NCBI GenBank assembly: GCA_002868855.1
Contig: PKUM01000212.1
Location: forward strand, 1-58,494
DNA from: Chromatiales bacterium
GTDB taxonomy: Bacteria > Pseudomonadota > Gammaproteobacteria > Steroidobacterales > BM003
Reading direction: 5' to 3'
DNA length: 58,494 bases
Under the pieces are notes generated by a model. It ran no database searches. It was not told where the DNA came from and saw only the letters and a list, made by a program, of their open reading frames with translations. The position numbers were made by a program, and so were the translations under genes. Below are positions 1-9,058 of the stretch, piece by piece. The first letter of the stretch is position 1. Each line of letters starts with the position of its first letter.

Positions 1-213
1 AATGCGCCAACACCGTTCAACTATAGTCGGGGCTATCCGGCGCGACCGCCGCGCCCGGATTGCACAAGCTCAGGCGACCGCGCGCGTCCTCACCGGCGTC
101 GAGGCTGCGTGGATTGGCGGGGCGGTGCAACGACAACGGGCAGGCGGCGGTTGACCCCCGCACGGCCACGGATACTAATCCGGGTTCCGGTGGCACCGAC
201 GCCTGTTTAGAAT

Positions 214-828
214 GTGACGCTGACCGTTAATCGAAACCCAAAAAGGACGTCTACATTGGCTGACGAACGCCCATTCCCCTTGCCGTTGCCGTGGTCGTGG
301 CGACGCATTTCCCTGCGCCGACTGGAGGTGGACGATCTCGCCGCATTCCAGGCCTACCGCCGCGATCCAGAGGTCGCTCGCTACCAGGGCTGGAAAATCG
401 TGGATGACGATGCCGCCCGCGCATTCCTTGCGGAAATGCGCACCGCGCCCATGTTCCTTCGCGATAAGTGGTTCCAACTCGGTATCGCATTACGCGAGAC
501 TCAGGAACTGATCGGCGATGTCGGGGTCTGCGTAGATGGCGAGAGATCAAGCGCCGAAATAGGCTTTACGGTAAACCCGCGGTTTCAGGGCCAGGGGTTG
601 GCGTCGGAGGCGATTCAGGAGATCACGTCGCGAACCATGCAGTTTGGCGCAGTAGATAAAGTTGTAGCGCGGCCCGATGCACGAAACGAGCGTTCAATTC
701 GACTTCTGGAGCGCATCGGCTTCGAACCCGAAGGCGAGGCGACCTTCCAGGATGAAGACGGCGAACAACGGGAGATCATTTACGCGCGCATACGTCCCAG
801 GCAGAAAAAGCCCGCGCGCCGACGCTGA
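214..828 (+). CDS. GNAT-family N-acetyltransferase (RimJ/RimL-like)
   Basis: 204-aa ORF with a GTG start. The GNAT acetyl-CoA-binding signature is visible (NPRFQGQGLASEAI = R/Q-x-x-G-x-G/A), followed by ERIGF. Confidence 0.8.
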   Translation: MTLTVNRNPKRTSTLADERPFPLPLPWSWRRISLRRLEVDDLAAFQAYRRDPEVARYQGWKIVDDDAARAFLAEMRTAPMFLRDKWFQLGIALRETQELIGDVGVCVDGERSSAEIGFTVNPRFQGQGLASEAIQEITSRTMQFGAVDKVVARPDARNERSIRLLERIGFEPEGEATFQDEDGEQREIIYARIRPRQKKPARRR

Positions 829-866
829 GCGCGGGCTTACGCGGATAGTGACGAATCGCGACTTCA

Positions 867-1658
867 GTGTCAGTGCCCGGTCCCAAACAACGCGTTTTGG
901 TATTCATGCCTAGTCACCTGAGACTTACTCCCCTGGTGTCTCTGTGCGCCTTTGCGTTGCCGGCGATCGCCACCGACTGCGTGATCCTGCTGCACGGGCT
1001 CGCACGCACCACAGCTTCGATGGAGAAGGCGGCGGAGGCTTTCGCTGAGCAAGGGTACGCGGTCGTCAACATCGGTTATCCGTCGCGCGACCACCGGATT
1101 GAGGATCTGGCGCCGATAGCAATAGAGAGAGGTCTCGATGCCTGCCCCGATGAAGGCAAGATAAACTTCTATACGCATTCGCTCGGCGGCATACTCGTAC
1201 GCTTTTATCTCGAGCACAACGAGATCGACCGACTCGGCCGGGTCGTAATGGTCGCCCCGCCAAATCGTGGCAGCCAGGTCGTTGACAATTTCAAGAGCAT
1301 GCCCGGCTTCGGGGTTCTCAATGGCCCTGCTGGCGCACAACTCGGCACCGGCGCGAACAGCGTCCCGCTAAGCCTCGGCCCGGTAGAGTATCCGGTTGGC
1401 GTCGTTGCCGGCACCCAGACATTCAACCCGATTCTGTCGCAGTTCCTTCCCAACCCGGACGACGGCAAGGTCTCAGTCGAGAGCACGAAAATCGACGGGA
1501 TGACCGACTTCATCGCACTGCCACACTCCCACCCGTTCATCATGAAAGCGCCCGACACGATCAGCCAGGCGATCGCATTCATCGAAACAGGAAGCTTCCT
1601 TCACGGCGTGGAAGCTGGCGCGGAATCGCAACCGCCGGACCAGCGCCTTAGACCGTAA
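867..1658 (+). CDS. alpha/beta-fold hydrolase (esterase/lipase-like), probably exported
   Basis: 263-aa ORF with a hydrophobic N-terminal segment. It has an oxyanion-type HG (ILLHGLAR) and a nucleophile elbow THSLGG. Confidence 0.75.
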   Translation: MSVPGPKQRVLVFMPSHLRLTPLVSLCAFALPAIATDCVILLHGLARTTASMEKAAEAFAEQGYAVVNIGYPSRDHRIEDLAPIAIERGLDACPDEGKINFYTHSLGGILVRFYLEHNEIDRLGRVVMVAPPNRGSQVVDNFKSMPGFGVLNGPAGAQLGTGANSVPLSLGPVEYPVGVVAGTQTFNPILSQFLPNPDDGKVSVESTKIDGMTDFIALPHSHPFIMKAPDTISQAIAFIETGSFLHGVEAGAESQPPDQRLRP

Positions 1659-1925
1659 TCGGCGCAAAGAAAACCGATTTCGTAAAGAACCCTGATCAGT
1701 GATGCGGCAAGCGCACTGCGCGGTTGCCCGCGAACAGGAGCTCGTTTCGACAAGTTGTGCCGTTGTGCCGCACTCGGTGCATTAAAAATTGAGTCTCCAC
1801 CACCTCCCCCGGGCCGCAAAAAAAGTGGGGTTTGTGCTGTGCTAACATCTTCGCGATTGTCCGCCGCGGTGTATCAAGTGCCTGACAGCCGCAATCGCCT
1901 AACGACGACATTGAACGGAGTTGCC

Positions 1926-2303
1926 ATGGACCTGAGCTGGTTTTTGTTTTCCTTTAATGGCCGCATCAACAGAAAACCGTACTGGATTTTCCTTGTCCTC
2001 ATGGTCGTGCTGCTCGCCGCCGTCGAGGGATTTACCGGTGACGTAAACACCGAGGAATTCAGTAGCGCAACCTATTTGGTGTCGCTGTTGTCCGTTTGGC
2101 CGACTCTGGCGGTTCAGGCCAAACGCTGGCATGACGTGGACCGTTCAGCGTGGTGGCTTTTGATAAACCTCGTGCCATTTATTGGTGGGATATGGGTGTT
2201 GATCGTATGTGGTTTCTTCCGCGGCACCAGTGGCATGAACAGATTTGGACCGGACCCACTCGGGAATGATACCGCGGCAGTGGACGTGTCCGGCCCAACC
2301 TGA
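1926..2303 (+). CDS. DUF805-family inner-membrane protein
   Basis: The ORF is open from 1755. The ATG at 1926 gives MDLSWFLFSFNGRINRKPYW, and RWHD..SAWW follows later, both typical DUF805 motifs. Several TM segments are present. Confidence 0.75.
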   Translation: MDLSWFLFSFNGRINRKPYWIFLVLMVVLLAAVEGFTGDVNTEEFSSATYLVSLLSVWPTLAVQAKRWHDVDRSAWWLLINLVPFIGGIWVLIVCGFFRGTSGMNRFGPDPLGNDTAAVDVSGPT

Positions 2304-2486
2304 TGAGTTATCGTCCGTTTCGGCGCATTGGCGCGAGGATCGTTTTCTGAATGCTGAAACACCGGCTTTTCTCAAAATGCCACGCCTCTTTTTTGGCCGG
2401 CTCGTTACGGCAGAATCGCTAGGCGACCAAGTGCGTCGCGACCATCGCCGACTGCGGCGCGACAACTTTTTAGAGCGAATATTCCC

Positions 2487-2756
2487 GTGAAACTTTACGC
2501 ATTACTTTACCCCCTTCTCGCCTGCATTCTGATTGGCTGTAGCACAGATAAACCCGCAGAGACACAAACCGACACGCAAGACGTTCCGCATATCGTTGGC
2601 GCCGATCGCGACTTGCATGGCTGCATCCGCTCCGCCGGTTACTCATGGTGTGCCCGCACAGAGCAATGCGAACGCCCGTGGGAACTCGCTGCAAAACACG
2701 GATTCGAAAACACTGCGGAGGCGTTTGCGACCTTTTGTGATGAGACGGACGACTAG
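2487..2756 (+). CDS. small Cys-rich lipoprotein, function unknown
   Basis: 89-aa ORF with a signal peptide and lipobox (LIGC). The mature part carries several Cys (HGCIRSAGYSWCARTEQCERPWE). Confidence 0.6.
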   Translation: MKLYALLYPLLACILIGCSTDKPAETQTDTQDVPHIVGADRDLHGCIRSAGYSWCARTEQCERPWELAAKHGFENTAEAFATFCDETDD

Positions 2757-2894
2757 ATGATCCTCGCACGAGCCGGGCAGGGTTCACCGGCACTCGCATT
2801 CGCAACGTCAGAAACGCGGAATTTGTCCCGGCCTGCCTCAGACCCGGCGCTAAACGGCGCAGACCTTATTGCAATGATCTCCCGGGTTTGACGC

Positions 2895-3467
2895 ATGAGT
2901 GAAACAAACCCGTTGCCGTTTGCCCTGATAGTCGTCGATGTGCAGCAGGGATTTGACGATAGCGTCCACTGGGGACCGCGCAATAACCCCGATTGCGAAA
3001 CCAATATTGCCGTATTGATCGAAGCGTGGCGCGAACACCGGCAACCGGTGGTATTCGTACGTCACGATTCCACGGAACCGGACTCGCCGCTGCGCCCTGG
3101 CACACCCGGCAATGCATTCCAGCCGTTTCTGACCGGGACCCCGGATTTGCTGGTTTGCAAATCGGTGAACTCGGCATTCTATGGCGAACCGGATCTCCAC
3201 GCGTGGCTGCAGCAGCGAGGCATTCGTGACATCGCCGTTTGCGGTATTACTACGAATCATTGCTGCGAGACCACCGCGCGAATGGCTGCGAATCTCGGGT
3301 ACAACGTATATTTCGTGCTCGACGCGACTCATACCCATGACCGTCGCGCGCTCGACGGCACGACGCTGAAAGCGGATCACATTGCCACGGTCACTGCCGC
3401 GAACCTGCAGGATGAATTTGCCGAGGTCATTACAACGCAGGAAGCGGTCTACCTGGCAATCGCCTGA
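2895..3467 (+). CDS. isochorismatase-family cysteine hydrolase
   Basis: 190-aa ORF. It has an N-terminal ALIVVDVQ strand and the catalytic-Cys region VCGITTNHCCETTAR typical of the isochorismatase/nicotinamidase fold. Confidence 0.85.
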   Translation: MSETNPLPFALIVVDVQQGFDDSVHWGPRNNPDCETNIAVLIEAWREHRQPVVFVRHDSTEPDSPLRPGTPGNAFQPFLTGTPDLLVCKSVNSAFYGEPDLHAWLQQRGIRDIAVCGITTNHCCETTARMAANLGYNVYFVLDATHTHDRRALDGTTLKADHIATVTAANLQDEFAEVITTQEAVYLAIA

Positions 3468-3604
3468 CCGAGCAAACCTTCCGCAGCGCCGGGTCATCTA
3501 ATTGGCTGCAATTTACCCTCAAGCCCGGCCACCGTCGTGCGCCCGCATGCCGCTACCGCCAGGCTCCGGGCCATCCATGACTCGATGTTCAACCGGAGAT
3601 CATT

Positions 3605-4681
3605 TTGAATACTCGCACTGCAAAATTCTTCATCGTCGCACTGTTGTTCTGTGTCGGGCTAACCTCCGTTTCTGCCCGCGAACCCGGATGGACCGCTGAC
3701 GACGCGGCGACGCTTTCAACGCTGGTCGCCAACGGTCAATATGGCCGGGTCACCAGCTTGTGGATCGAGCGTCACGGCGAAGTATTGTATGAGCAGTACT
3801 TCAATGGCGGCGATGCCATGACGCATCACAACATGCGAAGCGCCGGTAAGACCGTGACCGGCATGCTGGTCGGTATGGCCATAGCCGACGGATACATCGA
3901 CGACGTTAATGTCAATGCCGCAGATTATTTCGAGGAACTCAAGCCCTTCGCCAACGACGATCCACGCAAACAGGACATCAGGCTCAAAGACCTTTTGACG
4001 ATGAGCGGTCCGCTCGAGTGCGACGACTGGAACAACTTCTCACGCGGCAACGAGGAGCGGATGTACCTGGTCGAGGACTGGTCGAAATTCTTCTGGGACC
4101 TGCCGATCAAAAACCGGCCATCGTGGGAGATACCGGAGGACGACGGCGGCTTCGGACGATTGTTCTCCTATTGCACCGCCGGCGTTCAGCTGGCCGGTGA
4201 AATCGTCGAACGGGTAACCGGCCGAACGGCGCCGGAGTATGCCGCGCAACGCCTGTTCGCGCCAATTGGCATCGACGACCCGCGGTGGAATTTCGCCGCA
4301 ACCGGCAAGGCTCATCTTGGCGGCGGTCTCGAATTGATGACCGCGGACTGGGCCCGACTGGCCAGGCTTTACGTCAACGCCGGCAAATACGTTGATACAA
4401 AGGTCGTTCCAGAAAGCTGGATCGCCGCATCGTTGACCGATTACGTGCGCGTAGACGAGAACACAAACTATGGCCTGCTTTGGTGGCGGCCCCGATACAG
4501 GGTCGATATCGAGAGCTTCAGCGCCAACATGATGAACGGCTCGGGCGGCAATCGCGTCTATGCATTGCCTGAATTCGGAGTCGTAATAGTCATCAGCAAG
4601 AACGATTTTCGTGACCGCGAGGCGCATCCGAAATCCGACCGCCTGTTCGCCGAAATCCTGACCCGGCTGGGGCTCGATTGA
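3605..4681 (+). CDS. serine hydrolase of the beta-lactamase/PBP (class C-like) fold, exported
   Basis: 358-aa ORF with a signal peptide and an S-x-x-K motif (SAGKTV). Confidence 0.8.
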   Translation: MNTRTAKFFIVALLFCVGLTSVSAREPGWTADDAATLSTLVANGQYGRVTSLWIERHGEVLYEQYFNGGDAMTHHNMRSAGKTVTGMLVGMAIADGYIDDVNVNAADYFEELKPFANDDPRKQDIRLKDLLTMSGPLECDDWNNFSRGNEERMYLVEDWSKFFWDLPIKNRPSWEIPEDDGGFGRLFSYCTAGVQLAGEIVERVTGRTAPEYAAQRLFAPIGIDDPRWNFAATGKAHLGGGLELMTADWARLARLYVNAGKYVDTKVVPESWIAASLTDYVRVDENTNYGLLWWRPRYRVDIESFSANMMNGSGGNRVYALPEFGVVIVISKNDFRDREAHPKSDRLFAEILTRLGLD

Positions 4682-4830
4682 GCTGTTACCTTCGGACCAG
4701 TCAGCCAGGGATCCAATGCGAACGACCGGCAGCCCAAATCAGGTTGTTCGGCAGTGGATACGGCTACGGCGAAAATGCAGCCGCTGAACACGTGCTGGTC
4801 ACGGTCAGGGTCGGGCCGATTCGGCAGGCC

Positions 4831-5625
4831 CTATTTGGCGTCCTCTTCCAGCGCCGCGACAACGTGTGACCAGACGGTCGGGTTAAAGCCCATACCGAGG
4901 TGCGGTGCGTCCACCTCGATATGGCGGACTCTGTCGCTATAGCGATCGATGGCGGCCTCCCAGCTTACAATAGCGTCACTCTTGCTATAGATCGCAGTGA
5001 TTGGCTGGCCTATTCGGCGCAATTCGCGTTTCTCGATCCCGTCCTCAATCCAGTGGAGGTCCATACCTCGCTTGCGAAAGAAGCCGGCGGCGGCCGTGTA
5101 TTTGGGCCCACCGACTGTTGGCGAACCCATCGTAATGACGCGGTCGACGATATCGGGAAGGTCGCGCGCGGCCTCGCGTGCAAGATAGCCACCGAGACTC
5201 CAGCCGATCAGCGAGATCGGCTGGCCGACCTCTGCATGACGTTCTCGCAGGCGATCCATCAGGCGGTCGCACAGATACGGCACAGAACCTTCGCCACAGT
5301 ATTCCGCCTTGGGCGTAAAGACCCAACCATCTGAAAGATCGTCGAGTTCGTGGGGCAGATCAACACCAGCCATATTCTTCCCGAGACCCCATCCCTCTGT
5401 ATTGAACCCGCGCCTTTCGAGGTAGTGGCGCAGCGGCGCAGTCGAGCGATCACTTGCGCCGAAGCCCGGCACGACCATGACGTATGCGCCCGCCCGCGCG
5501 GAAGGCGGCAACCGCCTCGCGTTCAGCAGTGGCACCATCATTCGCGCCAGTTCAAGCGCGGTGCGCGACTCCCACAGGAGCGCACTGCGTCTTGGCGGTG
5601 ACAGGGAAACAATCGTATCGCTCAT
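4831..5625 (-). CDS. alpha/beta-fold hydrolase
   Basis: 264-aa ORF with nucleophile elbow GWSLGG and a PGFG oxyanion region. Its start overlaps the stop of the upstream MarR gene by 4 nt, so the two form an operon. Confidence 0.75.
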   Translation of the reverse strand: MSDTIVSLSPPRRSALLWESRTALELARMMVPLLNARRLPPSARAGAYVMVVPGFGASDRSTAPLRHYLERRGFNTEGWGLGKNMAGVDLPHELDDLSDGWVFTPKAEYCGEGSVPYLCDRLMDRLRERHAEVGQPISLIGWSLGGYLAREAARDLPDIVDRVITMGSPTVGGPKYTAAAGFFRKRGMDLHWIEDGIEKRELRRIGQPITAIYSKSDAIVSWEAAIDRYSDRVRHIEVDAPHLGMGFNPTVWSHVVAALEEDAK

Positions 5626-6137
5626 TGGTTTGCGGCCTCCTGGCCTGCGGTGCGGCTGCGCCCTGGCAGGGCGCGCGCGATTTCGTCCGGATTCATGGAC
5701 TGCAGATGCAGTCGCATGCGGTTCATCTGGCGCTCGGTCTCCTGAAGCTCCCGACTGGCGAATGGCTCGAGCTGGGCCGTGATAAAACGCGCGGCGGCAA
5801 GCCGCGCTTCACCGAGCAGTCTTTCTCCGCCCGATGTCAGGATACAAACGAACGAGCGACCATCGTACTCGTGGTGCCGGGTGTCCAGTAATGCACGTTC
5901 CTGCAAACGACGCAGCACTCCAGTGATGTTGCCGCGAGTAACCACGAGTTCGTCGGCAATGGCTCGAGGCGTTGCGTCCATTCCAAGCTGGCGGACCGCG
6001 TTCAAAACGTCGAACTGCGGGATTGTCAGGTCGAAGCATTTCAAAAGCTGAGCGTATCGCCGATTGCACTCCTGGTAGGCACGTACCACGGCAAGCCACG
6101 AAGTCGTCTCCAACTTGCTGCGCTGGTCTCTCTTCAC
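5622..6137 (-). CDS. MarR-family transcriptional regulator
   Basis: 171-aa ORF with a winged-helix region typical of MarR (LTIPQFDVLNAV.....IADELVVTRGNITGVLRRLQERALL). Confidence 0.85.
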   Translation of the reverse strand: MKRDQRSKLETTSWLAVVRAYQECNRRYAQLLKCFDLTIPQFDVLNAVRQLGMDATPRAIADELVVTRGNITGVLRRLQERALLDTRHHEYDGRSFVCILTSGGERLLGEARLAAARFITAQLEPFASRELQETERQMNRMRLHLQSMNPDEIARALPGRSRTAGQEAANQ

Positions 6138-6164
6138 TGTCCATGCTCCGGCAGATCGATACGA

Positions 6165-6197
6165 TTGAAGCCTAAACTATTATTGTTTATGCTTCAA
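6165..6197. promoter_or_regulatory. candidate MarR operator (inverted repeat)
   Basis: Perfect 7-bp inverted repeat TTGAAGC-N19-GCTTCAA in AT-rich DNA, about 30 bp upstream of the MarR start codon. Confidence 0.3.
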
Positions 6198-6976
6198 CTT
6201 CTTCGCGGCAAGCGATTTGTACGACCACCACGCAGAATAAGCTCCGGCGGCGCTTAGGCCACGGTTCCATGCCGAACGACGAGATGCATCAGCAATATGC
6301 GTACGAAGCCGGACTGCAATTCAACCCCGGCAGCACGAGAGCCCCTTTTAACAAACTGACCCGCTCCGGCCAGCCGGCCAGTCAATTCAGTACTCGCTTT
6401 TTGCGGCGTGCTTCATTTCTGCTTTTCCTCCCTGCAGCCAATCATTTGCCAAATGCAGACACACGGATGTCCATGCCAGTATTTGCGTAGACTGGGAGTA
6501 ACCACTGCGCGATATCATGTGCCGCAACGAGGAGTAACGGAAACGAGCGGAATATCGGTAGCGGCTTTGATCGCTTTACCACTGATCCGGGCGGCCATAC
6601 CCACCGCATTAATGCGGCTGGTACAAACAATGCCGAAGTTCGAACATCGGAAATTCCGCTTCTGGCAGTAGTTGCGGATGCAATTGATTGCAGTCTTTCT
6701 GTGGGCGGCCGCGGTGGTCATCGACTTTGCCTCGTAATGCATCCGCACTGTCTCGCCGGGATCACGCGACCGGGCCAACAACAGCGTTTATGCTTCACAC
6801 CAGGGCGCTCGTTTTTTTCGCCTGAGGCTGGCCGTATCTGGCTGATCGAATAATACAATAACAACATCGGAGTTAGCGGAAACCACGGGCAACTATCTGC
6901 CGCCAGAAATCCGCCAGCCATGCGCTACGGGGCGAATCCCCATGTACAAAAATTCAGATGAAAGGAACGTAAAAAT

Positions 6977-7321
6977 ATGAATAAAAACGTAGTCGCCTAT
7001 AGTCTGTTCCTTGCCGGAGCTATTATTGCAACGACCGCAATAGCGACAAATATGCAGGACTCCTTCGCATCCTCGATGCTGGCCCCGGTGCTGATGAGCT
7101 TCGCGATAGTCGTCGTCGGCGTTCGGTCGAAGCGCCGCAACGGCGGCGCGTTCCGTCCTGCGTTGTTGCTTGGCGCCGTGCTGACGCTGGCGTGTGCGAT
7201 CGTCGCAATGAAGAACCCGGCCAATGTAGCCGCGATGTTGCCGATACTGGCCGCAGCGGTGGTCACACCCCTGATCGTCAGGCTCTCGCGAGGCAGACAA
7301 GACGGCACTGAGAAGTCGTGA
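6977..7321 (+). CDS. hypothetical small membrane protein
   Basis: 114-aa ORF preceded by AGGAA. It has several hydrophobic TM-like segments and no recognisable motif. Confidence 0.45.
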   Translation: MNKNVVAYSLFLAGAIIATTAIATNMQDSFASSMLAPVLMSFAIVVVGVRSKRRNGGAFRPALLLGAVLTLACAIVAMKNPANVAAMLPILAAAVVTPLIVRLSRGRQDGTEKS

Positions 7322-7470
7322 CCGCTGAGATGTCATCTCAGCCGAAAGGCTGTCCAGCGGCGCTTCCATGCATCCGGGCAGATTTCCTCGGATTGACTGC
7401 GTAATAGACGGTCCGGCTGCTCTGCCGTTGGTGCCCGCATTGACAACCGTGTTGGGTTGCGCCAGCGGGC

Positions 7471-8163
7471 CTAGTTGCTGGCCGTTACGGCCCGCGCCAC
7501 CGGCAATACATATTCGGCCACCGCGACGAAATGGCAAAATCCGCCGGCCAACACGAACAAGTGCCAGATCGCATGATTGAAAGGCAGCTTCTTGGCTGCG
7601 TAAAACACTGCGCCCAGTGTATAACTCAGCCCCCCGGCCACCACCCATGTCATGCCGGTTGGGCCTATTGCGGCGGCGATCTGCGGCGCCGCAATCACGG
7701 CGAGCCAACCCAGTCCCAGATAACTGGCAAGCGAGAGCCGCGGATAACGATGACGGAACCACAGTTTTGTAATAATGCCGGCCGTTGCGAGGACCCAAAT
7801 GGTGCCGAACAGCCACCAGCTGCCGCTATCGCGTGTTGCGACCAGCATGAACGGCGTATAAGAGCCGGCGATCAGCACGTAGATTGCACAGTGATCGACC
7901 ATTTTCAGAAGTCGTTTTCTCGGCGACACCGGCCACGCGTGGTAAAGCGTCGACGCCAGAAACAACAGAATCAGACTGAGCCCGTAAATGATGCTGGCGG
8001 CGATCCGCCATGGATCACCCGCGTCGATCGACAGGTACAACATCCAGCTCAGACCCGCGATGCTCAGGATGACCCCCGCGCCATGAGTAATTGCATGTGC
8101 CAGTTCTTCGGCGAAAGTGTATTCGGGTGGGTGATCGTGCATCTGCAACCGTCCATGGGCCAA
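7471..8163 (-). CDS. hemolysin-III / PAQR-family membrane protein
   Basis: 230-aa ORF with seven hydrophobic segments. Family motifs are visible (EELAHAITHGAG near the N-terminus, DHCAIY, HAIWHLFVL). Confidence 0.85.
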   Translation of the reverse strand: MAHGRLQMHDHPPEYTFAEELAHAITHGAGVILSIAGLSWMLYLSIDAGDPWRIAASIIYGLSLILLFLASTLYHAWPVSPRKRLLKMVDHCAIYVLIAGSYTPFMLVATRDSGSWWLFGTIWVLATAGIITKLWFRHRYPRLSLASYLGLGWLAVIAAPQIAAAIGPTGMTWVVAGGLSYTLGAVFYAAKKLPFNHAIWHLFVLAGGFCHFVAVAEYVLPVARAVTASN

Positions 8164-8300
8164 TTGTCGGGCCCACGGGGCGCGAGACCGTCTTGAAAAG
8201 ACCGAGTCAGAGTACCCTAGTTACTCCGTAAGGGACAGAAAACACGACAATAAACCGCGGTAAGTCACAGCCTCGGCAGGAAGTTACCGCTCGCGATCCA

Positions 8301-8336
8301 AAGAAAAAGCCCACGTTCCGGGGACCGTGGGCTTTT
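8301..8336 (-). terminator. rho-independent terminator downstream of tRNA-Gly
   Basis: Stem GCCCACG (8309-8315) pairs with CGTGGGC (8326-8332). On the minus strand it is followed by TTTTTCTT. Confidence 0.6.
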
Positions 8337-8353
8337 GGCTTATCTCCAAATTC

Positions 8354-8429
8354 TGGAGCGGGATACCAGATTCGAACTGGCGACCTACACGTTGGCAACG
8401 TGTCGCTCTACCAACTGAGCTAATCCCGC
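8354..8429 (-). tRNA. tRNA-Gly (anticodon GCC)
   Basis: The reverse complement reads GCGGGATTAGCTCAGTTGGTAGAGCGACACGTTGCCAACGTGTAGGTCGCCAGTTCGAATCTGGTATCCCGCTCCA. This gives a cloverleaf with anticodon loop TTGCCAA, a GTTCGAATC T-loop and an encoded CCA. Confidence 0.95.
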
Positions 8430-8481
8430 CGCATAGACAAGACTGGGTATTGTATTCGGCGCGCCAGCCCTGTCAACCACC

Positions 8482-9054
8482 CTAACCTTCGGCCGTGAAT
8501 TTCGGCCAGGCATCTTTCAGGTAAACGAACATCGACCACAAAGTAAGTCCGGCGGCAATTACCAGCAACCACAAACCGAATTCATAAACGGGTATACCAA
8601 ACAACAAGTTACCTTTGCCATGCAGCATGAATGCAACACCAAACATCTGCGCCAGTGTCTTGTATTTGGCGACATCGATTACCGCAACCTTGCCGCGTTC
8701 GCCGATACCGGCCATCCACTCACGCAGAGCGGATATCGTAATCTCGCGACCGATGATGACAGCTGCAACCAGCAGGACGATGATCCGGCTGTCGGTGTGG
8801 GTTACCAGCAGCAATGCAACCGCGACAGTGACCTTGTCCGCCACCGGGTCGAGAAAGGCGCCGAATTTGGACATCTGATTGAGCTTGCGGGCGAGGTATC
8901 CGTCGAGACCATCGGTAATGGCCGCCGCGCCGAAGATCCACGCAGCAGCCGGCTGAGCCCACGGGTATGGAAGGTAATACACCAGCACTACCAGTGGGAT
9001 ACAGGCGATTCTGAACCAGGTCAGGGTATTCGGGATATTAAAGGCAACACTCAC
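8482..9054 (-). CDS. pgsA: CDP-diacylglycerol--glycerol-3-phosphate 3-phosphatidyltransferase
   Basis: 190-aa ORF with the CDP-alcohol phosphatidyltransferase motif DGLDGYLARK....G..LDPVADK. It lies between uvrC and tRNA-Gly, the conserved synteny. Confidence 0.9.
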   Translation of the reverse strand: MSVAFNIPNTLTWFRIACIPLVVLVYYLPYPWAQPAAAWIFGAAAITDGLDGYLARKLNQMSKFGAFLDPVADKVTVAVALLLVTHTDSRIIVLLVAAVIIGREITISALREWMAGIGERGKVAVIDVAKYKTLAQMFGVAFMLHGKGNLLFGIPVYEFGLWLLVIAAGLTLWSMFVYLKDAWPKFTAEG

Positions 9055-9058
9055 GTCG

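Noticed and set aside
1-213. Possible 3' end of an upstream gene at the window edge.
   Set aside because: No ORF has recognisable sequence, and the stretch is too short to support a call.
808-838. 10-bp GC-rich hairpin (AAGCCCGCGC...GCGCGGGCTT) spanning the GNAT stop codon.
   Set aside because: There is no U-tract on the + strand. The T-run is on the minus strand, where no gene ends. I did not call it a terminator.
7324-7342. Hairpin GCTGAGAT-gtc-ATCTCAGC right after the small membrane ORF.
   Set aside because: No U-tract follows on either strand. It is too weak to call a terminator.
6893-7816. 307-aa minus-strand ORF spanning the small membrane gene and part of the hemolysin-III gene.
   Set aside because: It overlaps two better-supported genes. 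Its sequence is Arg/Gly-rich with no motifs.
8164-8481. Whether tRNA-Gly is an integration hotspot for a genomic island.
   Set aside because: No integrase, no direct repeat of the tRNA 3' end and no mobile genes were found nearby. The tRNA sits in the conserved uvrC-pgsA-tRNA-Gly context.
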